This document shows, piece by piece, positions 1 to 6,448 of a stretch of 25,615 bases of DNA; within the stretch, counting starts at the first letter, position 1, and each line of letters begins with the position of its first letter. The translations under genes were made by a program, and so were the position numbers. The DNA comes from a virus (lineage: Duplodnaviria; Caudoviricetes): positions 1-25,615 of IMG/VR virus record IMGVR_UViG_3300027708_000271. One strand, written 5' to 3'. The notes beneath the pieces were generated by a model. The model saw nothing but the letters and a program-made list of their open reading frames with translations. It did not search any database and was not told the origin of the DNA.

Positions 1-22
1 TCGGGTTAACTAAGGAGTTTTT

Positions 23-604
23 ATGAGTTCTACCTCTGCTCCGTTTGGCTTGCGTCCTGCGTTCCACCCCTCTGGTTTGGATCGCGCACAGGCGCTCGCT
101 GGCGGTATCGCATCGGCCTATTCGTCCGATATCTTGAAGGGTCAACCTGTCAAGTACAACCCATCCGCTGGTACTATCATCATCGCTACCGTTGGAGCCG
201 CTTGGAGCGGTGCCTTCGCTGGCGTTGAATGGACTGATACCACTGGCCGTCGCCGCGTGTCCAACTACTGGCCCGCTAACACTGCCTATCAAACCGGTTC
301 GTGCGTTGCGTATTTCTACAACGATGCCAACATCGTTTACGAAATTCAAAGCGATGCGACCATTGCTCAAACCTCCATCGGGAATGAGTACAACTTCTCC
401 AACATCGCTGCTGGTTCCAATACCACCGGTCTGTCTGCCGCCACTCTTGGCGTTTCGACGGCTGTCGGTAATGGCGTTCAAGGCGATATGCGCGTGGTGG
501 ACATCGCTCCCTACCCGGATAATGCTTGGGGCGATTCCTTCGTTATTGTCCGCGTTGTGAATGCACGTTCACAATTCTTCGGTCAATTCACCGCTATTGC
601 ATAA
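23..604 (+). CDS. Putative capsid decoration/cement protein (193 aa)
   Basis: TAAGGAG RBS at 11-17; beta-rich Gly/Ala/Ser/Thr protein with N-terminal APFGLRP motif directly upstream of the major capsid gene. Function inferred from synteny. Confidence 0.6.
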   Translation: MSSTSAPFGLRPAFHPSGLDRAQALAGGIASAYSSDILKGQPVKYNPSAGTIIIATVGAAWSGAFAGVEWTDTTGRRRVSNYWPANTAYQTGSCVAYFYNDANIVYEIQSDATIAQTSIGNEYNFSNIAAGSNTTGLSAATLGVSTAVGNGVQGDMRVVDIAPYPDNAWGDSFVIVRVVNARSQFFGQFTAIA

Positions 605-616
605 GGAGAATAAACA

Positions 617-1531
617 ATGGCTGCACCAATGAGAAGTACGGACTTTCGCAGTATCGTTGAGCCTATCCTCAACGAATGCTTTGACGGAGTCTATGACCAA
701 CGCGCCGACGAATGGAGCCGCGTGTTCCGTGAAGAAGACGGCATCCCACGTAACTACCACGAAGAGCCCGTACTGTACGGTTTCGGCGCGGCGCCCCAGT
801 TGCCTGACGGTACTCCCGTCACGTACCAACAGGGTGGCGTTCTGTTCCTGAAGCGCTACATCTACAAGGTATATGGTTTGGCATTTGCCTTGACCAAAGT
901 GCTGGTAGAAGACGGCGACCACATCCGCTTGGGTCAAGTGTACGCACGTCACTTGGCACAATCGCTGGTGGAAACCAAGGAACTGCTGTCCGCAAACGTC
1001 TTGAACGTAGCGTTCAACAGCGCCTACCCCGGCGGCGATGGCGTGTCGCTGATTAATACTGCTCACCCCATCGTGAACGGTACTTTCAGCAACCAGCTCG
1101 CTACTGCTGCGGTTCTATCGCAAACCTCCCTTGAGCAAATGTTGATCCAAGTCCGTCAGGCCGTGGACAACAACGGTAAGAAGATTCGTCTGGTGCCCCG
1201 CCAATTGGTGGTTGCTCCGGGCAACATCTTCCAAGCCGAAGTGCTGCTCAAGTCGGTCTTGCGCACCGGCAACGCCAACAACGACATCAACCCAGTGAAA
1301 TCCATTGGTTTGTTGGACGAGGGCGCTGCTGTGTTGAGCCGTCTGACCAGTGCCACCGCTTGGTGGGTCCAGACTGATGCACCCGAGGGCATGAAGCTCT
1401 TGATGCGTCGTCGTCTGGAGAAGACCATGGAAGGTGACTTTGAAACCGACTCCATGCGCTATAAGGCTACCGAGCGTTACGATGTCGGCTTCACCGACCC
1501 ACGTGCGTTGTACGGTACTCCCGGCGCCTAA
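617..1531 (+). CDS. Major capsid protein, HK97 fold, Mu GpT-like family (304 aa)
   Basis: TAAGGAG RBS at 602-608; motifs EEPVLYGFGAAP, YGLAFALTKVLVED, DGVSLINTAHP, PRQLVVAP and DFETDSMRYKATERY...DPRALYG recognised as typical of GpT-like capsid proteins; followed by a hairpin. Confidence 0.9.
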   Translation: MAAPMRSTDFRSIVEPILNECFDGVYDQRADEWSRVFREEDGIPRNYHEEPVLYGFGAAPQLPDGTPVTYQQGGVLFLKRYIYKVYGLAFALTKVLVEDGDHIRLGQVYARHLAQSLVETKELLSANVLNVAFNSAYPGGDGVSLINTAHPIVNGTFSNQLATAAVLSQTSLEQMLIQVRQAVDNNGKKIRLVPRQLVVAPGNIFQAEVLLKSVLRTGNANNDINPVKSIGLLDEGAAVLSRLTSATAWWVQTDAPEGMKLLMRRRLEKTMEGDFETDSMRYKATERYDVGFTDPRALYGTPGA

Positions 1532-1539
1532 ACAAAAGT

Positions 1540-1560
1540 AGGGGGGTTAACAGCCCCCCT
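1540..1560. terminator. GC-rich stem-loop after the capsid gene (possible leaky or antisense-strand terminator)
   Basis: AGGGGGGTT-AAC-AGCCCCCCT inverted repeat; weak U-tract on + (CTT), better T-run on - strand (ACTTTTGTTT). Confidence 0.6.
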
Positions 1561-1577
1561 CTTAACTGGAGAAAATT

Positions 1578-2027
1578 ATGGCTCAAACCTATATTGGTTC
1601 TACCCTGCGCACGGGCTCGGGCACGTTGACTGACACCACGGATGGCGGCTACGTTGTCCTGACTCAGAACATAACGGTGACCACTGTGGCCGCAGGTACG
1701 GCGGTTTCTGGTTCCATTACGCTTCCTGCTTCTTCACAAATCCTCAACTTACTTGTTGACCAGACTGTGGATGAAGTAGTTGGCGGCGGTACGGCTACCA
1801 CTATTAACGCTACAGTCGGCACGGCTGCTGCGGGCACCCAGTACGTCTCGGCAACGAACGTCGTTTCGGGTGGTCGCGCAACTTTGACGTTTACGGCGGC
1901 GCAATTGTTGGCGATGCAAAACATCGGCACCAATACCAGCGTGTACTTCACCATCGCCCCTAATGGCACGATCAGCACCACGCAAGGTACTTACGTACTG
2001 AACGTTGTGTATGCTCAGAAAGTCTAA
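1578..2027 (+). CDS. Putative virion structural protein, beta-sandwich-like (149 aa)
   Basis: GGAG RBS; Thr/Val/Gly-rich beta-strand pattern; position right after the capsid gene suggests a minor capsid/decoration protein. Confidence 0.55.
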   Translation: MAQTYIGSTLRTGSGTLTDTTDGGYVVLTQNITVTTVAAGTAVSGSITLPASSQILNLLVDQTVDEVVGGGTATTINATVGTAAAGTQYVSATNVVSGGRATLTFTAAQLLAMQNIGTNTSVYFTIAPNGTISTTQGTYVLNVVYAQKV

Positions 2028-2038
2028 GAGGCTATATC

Positions 2039-3112
2039 ATGGGTCAATTCAAACCAATGGTAAAGATGGAGACCACCGAGCCATCAGTGATCCTGAAACT
2101 CAAAAAAGGTGGTCATGTGGCCATGAACCGTGGCGGCGAGTACGGCTTTGAGAATATGCGTTCTAAAGGCATGAACACCATGCCTGACACCGCGTATTCT
2201 GCACCGGCTGCCGCTCCCAAAGCACCTTCTATGATGGCGCGTCGCGCTGCTATGGCCGCTCCTCTGATGAAGAAGGGCGGCAAGGCTGGTGACATGGCTC
2301 AAGACAAAGCTATGGTCAAAAAGGCTTTTAAGCAGCACGACATGCAAGAGCACGAAGGCGGCAAGGGCACCAAGCTGAAGCTGAAAAAAGGCGGCACAAC
2401 CAAAGTGGTTGACGGCGACAAAACCGACAAGGCACACGGTACTGGTGATGTCAAGATGGGTAAAGCTGCTGGTTACAAAACCGGCGGCACCATTGAAGGC
2501 AATGCTGGCAAGTTTGTGAAGACAAAGGTAGTGGACGGCGACAAGAAAGACAGTGCCCATGGTACTGGCGGCGTGCGCATGTCCAACTCTGGCGGCTTCA
2601 AAGACGGCGGCTCTACCAACTGGGAAAATCGCCCGGCTGATACTGCCAAGCCCGGCAAGTCCAACACCACCACAGGTGAAGTCAAGGAAGCCAACGCTGG
2701 CGGCTTTAAAAAGGGCGGTGCTGCAAAAAAGCACTTCGCTACGGGGGGCAGTGTTAACGACACTGGCCACGCCGTAGCAATGCCTCGCAAACCGGTGTCC
2801 AAACCGGTGAGCAATACTGCGCAATCAGGCACCTTCAAAAAAGGTGGCAAGGTCATGCGCAAAGCCATTGGCGGTAGCATGGATGATCAGCAGATGCCAA
2901 TGCGCGATATGAGCGGCGGCAGGTATGACAAAGCCATTGAGCCAAGCGGGGATGATATGTCGATGGCTAATACCATCCGCAGTGCTCCGTCTGACGCAAT
3001 GAACGCTGTAATGCGTTTACTGGGCAAAAAGCGTACTTCTCCTGCCGGAGCAGGTCGTGGGTTTGTAAACCCGCCCATGGCCCGCAAAGGCGGCGGACGA
3101 GCCAAGTGCTAG
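2039..3112 (+). CDS. Basic, low-complexity KKGG-repeat protein, putative internal virion protein (357 aa)
   Basis: GAGG RBS; rich in Lys/Gly/Met/Ala; nine [LMYF]-[KNA]-x-GG motifs; internal 30-aa duplication. Confidence 0.75.
   Translation: MGQFKPMVKMETTEPSVILKLKKGGHVAMNRGGEYGFENMRSKGMNTMPDTAYSAPAAAPKAPSMMARRAAMAAPLMKKGGKAGDMAQDKAMVKKAFKQHDMQEHEGGKGTKLKLKKGGTTKVVDGDKTDKAHGTGDVKMGKAAGYKTGGTIEGNAGKFVKTKVVDGDKKDSAHGTGGVRMSNSGGFKDGGSTNWENRPADTAKPGKSNTTTGEVKEANAGGFKKGGAAKKHFATGGSVNDTGHAVAMPRKPVSKPVSNTAQSGTFKKGGKVMRKAIGGSMDDQQMPMRDMSGGRYDKAIEPSGDDMSMANTIRSAPSDAMNAVMRLLGKKRTSPAGAGRGFVNPPMARKGGGRAKC
2399..2611 (+). repeat. Two 90-nt in-frame repeat units (2399-2488, 2522-2611)
   Basis: TKVVDGDKTDKAHGTGDVKMGKAAGYKTGG versus TKVVDGDKKDSAHGTGGVRMSNSGGFKDGG; a third degenerate unit ends in TGEVKEANAGGFKKGG. 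Confidence 0.85.
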
Positions 3113-3113
3113 T

Positions 3114-3141
3114 AAAGTGGGGGCTTCGGCCCCCGCTTTTT
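3114..3141 (+). terminator. Rho-independent terminator
   Basis: AAAGTGGGGGC-TTCG-GCCCCCGCTTTTT: GC stem, cUUCGg tetraloop and T-tract directly after the TAG at 3112. Confidence 0.9.
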
Positions 3142-3155
3142 AATTGGAGATAGAT

Positions 3156-3560
3156 ATGGCAGATGCAGTTACAAGCCAGACGCTGTTAGACGGCGAGCGC
3201 GTGGCTATTATGAAATTCACCAACATTAGCGACGGCACGGGCGAAACTGCTGTGACCAAGGTCAATGTATCCACCTTAACCAGTAGCAGTTCCGGTAAGG
3301 CTTGCACTGGCGTTATCGTGAACAAAATTACCTCGGTATGCCACGGTATGGAAGTGCGCATGTATTGGGACGCCTCAACGGATGTGCCGTTTTTTATGAC
3401 TACGATCAATACTAATTACATGAACGATTTCAGCGGCTTTGGTGGTATTACAAACAACTCGGGCGCTGGTAAAAACGGAAACATTGTTTTTAGTACCGCT
3501 GATGCGAGTGCAGGTGATACGTACACCGTTGTTTTAGAGATGGTTAAAACCTACGCTTAA
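3156..3560 (+). CDS. Conserved hypothetical phage structural protein (134 aa)
   Basis: ATG at 3156 preceded by GGAG (a better start than the TTG at 3144); beta-rich sequence MADAVTSQTLLDGERVAIMKFTNISDGTGE. Confidence 0.7.
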   Translation: MADAVTSQTLLDGERVAIMKFTNISDGTGETAVTKVNVSTLTSSSSGKACTGVIVNKITSVCHGMEVRMYWDASTDVPFFMTTINTNYMNDFSGFGGITNNSGAGKNGNIVFSTADASAGDTYTVVLEMVKTYA

Positions 3561-3562
3561 TC

Positions 3563-3805
3563 ATGGACCTGAGTTCTATATGGATCGCTGCGTTGACCAT
3601 GGTTACCTCGGTGCTTGGATGGATTCTGCGGGAAAAGGCCGCTGAGCTTCAGCGCGTCACTATCTTGCTCAATCGCACCCGTGAGGAAGTGGCCAAGGAG
3701 TACGTCACCAAGGCAGAGGTCCATGCGGACATCAATCGCGTTTTAGACCGGATCGACAAGTTGGGCGAGAAGCTCGACCGTATGATGGGAGTTAAAAATG
3801 CCTAG
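3563..3805 (+). CDS. Small membrane protein with N-terminal TM helix and coiled coil (80 aa)
   Basis: Hydrophobic IWIAALTMVTSVLGWIL followed by heptad-like REEVAKEYVTKAEVHADINRVLDRIDKLGEKLD; overlaps the next start. Confidence 0.7.
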   Translation: MDLSSIWIAALTMVTSVLGWILREKAAELQRVTILLNRTREEVAKEYVTKAEVHADINRVLDRIDKLGEKLDRMMGVKNA

Positions 3806-4307
3806 TAAATCACCCGCCCAGCACCGTTTGATGGAAGCCGCCGCTCACACCAAGGGCGGCTTTGGTGGCGTGCCCCAGAGCGTGGGCAAGGAATTTGTGA
3901 AGGCCGACAAGGGCATGAAAGAGGGCGGTCTGTACGCCAACATCCACGCCAAGCAGGAGCGCATCGCGCACGGCTCTGGTGAAAAGATGCGCAAGCCCGG
4001 CAGCAAAGGCGCTCCAACTGCTGCGGCGTTCAAAGAGTCCGCCAAGACGGCCAAGATGAAAAAAGGCGGCGTATCGCTGGCCATTGGCCGTGGCGAAAAA
4101 CTTCCTGCAAAACAGGGCGCGGGGCTTACCGAAAAGGGACGCGCCAAGTACAATCGGGAAACCGGATCGCATCTGAAGGCTCCACAGCCCAAGGGTGGCG
4201 CAAGGCGCGATTCTTTCTGTGCCCGCATGGGCTCGGTCGCTGAGAAAAGCGAAACCGGTAGCCGTGCAAGGGCATCAATGCAACGCTGGAACTGTCCCGG
4301 CTGGTAA
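3798..4307 (+). CDS. Basic three-module protein; C-terminal module DUF6321-like (169 aa)
   Basis: GGAG RBS; modules separated by MKEGG (3915-3929) and MKKGG (4056-4070); C-terminal GLTEKGRAKYNRETGSHLKAP...RRDSFCARM...RWNC resembles DUF6321 from memory. Confidence 0.75.
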   Translation: MPSKSPAQHRLMEAAAHTKGGFGGVPQSVGKEFVKADKGMKEGGLYANIHAKQERIAHGSGEKMRKPGSKGAPTAAAFKESAKTAKMKKGGVSLAIGRGEKLPAKQGAGLTEKGRAKYNRETGSHLKAPQPKGGARRDSFCARMGSVAEKSETGSRARASMQRWNCPGW

Positions 4308-4316
4308 GGAACGAAC

Positions 4317-4616
4317 ATGGCCAAGGTCAAAAAATTTGCAAACGGTGGCGCACTCTCTGATGTGGTGGGCGCCGCGTCCAAGTTCACCGCGCCGCCCGGA
4401 GACAACTCCAGCGCCCCTAGCGCAGCCCCGGCGCTTAGTTACGGTGGCAGCGGCGTGACTGATGGCGCGGCAAACCAAAATCAAGACCCAACGCAACAGG
4501 CTATCAACGCGGCTTCTACAGGGCTGCAAATGGCGCCACGGTACAAAAAAGGCGGGCACGTCACCACCCGTCGCGTGTCAAGCGTCACCAAATCCTCAAA
4601 ATCACCTACTTGGTAA
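4317..4616 (+). CDS. Small disordered protein with FANGG and YKKGG motifs (99 aa)
   Basis: TAAGGA RBS; fills the gap between flanking genes; C-terminus RRVSSVTKSSKSPTW. Confidence 0.7.
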   Translation: MAKVKKFANGGALSDVVGAASKFTAPPGDNSSAPSAAPALSYGGSGVTDGAANQNQDPTQQAINAASTGLQMAPRYKKGGHVTTRRVSSVTKSSKSPTW

Positions 4617-4626
4617 GGAGCAAATC

Positions 4627-5025
4627 ATGACCACCCCATCGCCAAAACCAATAACAAAGCCTGTTGTGCCACCTGTTGCGCCTAAGCCTGTTGTGCCACC
4701 TAAGCCTGTTGAGCCGCCTAAACCTGTGCAGCCTAAGATTGTTGCGCCAGAGCCTAAGTTTGTGCCTGTTGTGCAGCCTAAGCCTGTTGTGCCACCTGTG
4801 CCACCTAAGCCTGTTGAGCCGCCTAAACCTGTGCAGCCTAAGATTGTTGCGCCAGAGCCTAAGTTTACGCCTACGCTTTCTCCAACTGAGCCTCAGACGC
4901 CATCACATTTTTATTACAAAAAAGGCGGCGCCGTTAAAAAATACACCGATAAAGGCGGGCGTATTAACCTTGGTAGCGGTCGAGTGTCTACTCACACCCC
5001 TAGCAAGAAAAACAGCAATTGGTAA
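4627..5025 (+). CDS. Pro/Lys/Val-rich repeat protein with YKKGG motif (132 aa)
   Basis: ATG at 4627 after TAAGGAG (the ORF-track start at 4462 overlaps the previous gene); PKPV repeats; C-terminus GRVSTHTPSKKNSNW. Confidence 0.7.
   Translation: MTTPSPKPITKPVVPPVAPKPVVPPKPVEPPKPVQPKIVAPEPKFVPVVQPKPVVPPVPPKPVEPPKPVQPKIVAPEPKFTPTLSPTEPQTPSHFYYKKGGAVKKYTDKGGRINLGSGRVSTHTPSKKNSNW
4693..4866 (+). repeat. Exact 69-nt direct repeat (4693-4761, 4798-4866) inside a CCTAAGCCTGTT-type minisatellite
   Basis: GTGCCACCTAAGCCTGTTGAGCCGCCTAAACCTGTGCAGCCTAAGATTGTTGCGCCAGAGCCTAAGTTT occurs twice, 105 nt apart. Confidence 0.9.
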
Positions 5026-5028
5026 ATC

Positions 5029-6099
5029 ATGGCTTACTCAGGCACTGTCGGACAGACCGTTATCACGGTCCAAAAACTCATCGACCATGGGGCGCGGCGT
5101 GCTGGGAAACTGGCTGAGGAATTGACGGTTGAACAGGTGCAAGCGGCCAAGGAGTCGCTGTTCTACATTCTGAGCAACCTGATCAACCAAGGCATCCAGT
5201 ATTTCGCCATCAAAAAGACCGTAATTGGCCTCAATCCTGACCAATACGAGTACCTGCTACCCGTGGGTGGCAACGACGTATTAAACGCGCTCTATCGCAA
5301 GTTAAACCGCCCGACCCCAAGCTCGCCCAGTGGATACTTCGCCTCGTCTGGTAACGCTGAACTCGCTTTTGACAACAATATCTCCACGGTGGATACCCAA
5401 ACATCGCCCAATGGCTATATTGGCATCAACTACGGCACCAATAACTCGATCTACGCCGGATCAATCGGTATCTTGCCCGCCACCTCGGGCTCATTCCACA
5501 TCTTGCTGGAATGGTCCAATGATGGTTCCACGTGGAACACCCTGTACGACACGGGCGTAACCACATGGGTAAGTGGCCAGTGGCTTTGGTATGACATTGA
5601 TCCGGGCGTAACGGCGCAGTATTACCGCATGCGCGAGACTGGCGGCGGCACTTTGAGCGTGGCCGAGTTTTACGTGGGCAACAACTCCACCGAGATCACC
5701 ATGTCTCGGCTCAACCGCGACGATTACACCAACTTGCCCAACAAGAACTTTACGGCCAACCAGCCGTTCCAGTTCTGGCTTAACCGCACAATCCCGCAAG
5801 CCACCATCACGCTTTGGCCAACGCCTTCGGACCCGTTTGTGCAGATGACGGTCTGGTACTCAGCCTATGTGCAAGACGTGGGCACTTTGAGTGGCCAGTT
5901 GGCCATCCCTGATCGCTGGCTCATGGCCATCCAAAACATGCTTGGCCACCAGATGGCGCAAGAGCTGCCCGGCGTGGAATTGGCGCGCATCCAATACCTT
6001 GAAGGCCAAGCGGAAAAATACTTCCAAATGGCCGAGCAAGAAGAGCGCGACAAGTCGCCGATCATGTTGAGCCCGAATATTTCCGTTTACTCAAGGTAG
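5029..6099 (+). CDS. Head-tail adaptor / tail tubular protein A-like protein with inserted F5/8 type C (discoidin)-like domain (356 aa)
   Basis: Helical N-terminus (LIDHGARRAG...AAKESLFYILSNL) and C-terminal SRLNRDDYTNLPNK...LWPTP fit podovirus adaptors; central AFDNNIST...LEWSNDGSTW...YYRM...LSVAEF fits discoidin domains. Confidence 0.7.
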   Translation: MAYSGTVGQTVITVQKLIDHGARRAGKLAEELTVEQVQAAKESLFYILSNLINQGIQYFAIKKTVIGLNPDQYEYLLPVGGNDVLNALYRKLNRPTPSSPSGYFASSGNAELAFDNNISTVDTQTSPNGYIGINYGTNNSIYAGSIGILPATSGSFHILLEWSNDGSTWNTLYDTGVTTWVSGQWLWYDIDPGVTAQYYRMRETGGGTLSVAEFYVGNNSTEITMSRLNRDDYTNLPNKNFTANQPFQFWLNRTIPQATITLWPTPSDPFVQMTVWYSAYVQDVGTLSGQLAIPDRWLMAIQNMLGHQMAQELPGVELARIQYLEGQAEKYFQMAEQEERDKSPIMLSPNISVYSR

Positions 6100-6104
6100 C
6101 TGCC

Positions 6105-6440
6105 ATGCCCCGGTTCCTTGACACCCGTGGCGGCTCCGACATTGCGATCTTCGTATGCGACCGGTGCAAGATGAAGCGCGCGCACTCAACGGCGCGCAAC
6201 GACCCCAACTTCCCCGGCTTGCTGGTATGCGATCAAGGCTGCGCGGACCAGATCGACCCCTACCGGTTGGCTGCTCGTCAAACTGAGCGCATCACGATCC
6301 GCTTCCCTCGCCCTGATGTGAGCGTAGCGGTGACGGACGATAATCTGGTGACCAACCCGGGTGGCGATTACATTATCAGCACCGAGCAGAATACGAACAC
6401 GCCGGAGAACAACGGCAACAACAGCGGGTTGTCCCCGTAG
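6105..6440 (+). CDS. Small zinc-finger-like phage protein (111 aa)
   Basis: CDRC and CDQGC cysteine pairs followed by DPYRL...IRFPRPD; adjacent to the adaptor gene. Confidence 0.7.
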   Translation: MPRFLDTRGGSDIAIFVCDRCKMKRAHSTARNDPNFPGLLVCDQGCADQIDPYRLAARQTERITIRFPRPDVSVAVTDDNLVTNPGGDYIISTEQNTNTPENNGNNSGLSP

Positions 6441-6448
6441 GCCCAAAT

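Noticed and set aside
4462-4626. Upstream extension of the Pro-rich ORF (similarly the starts at 3144, 15291, 16661, 16834)
   Set aside because: Most overlap the preceding gene, and 3144 is a TTG with the RBS downstream of it; later ATGs (4627, 3156, 15393, 16733, 16885) have RBSs or tight stop-start coupling.
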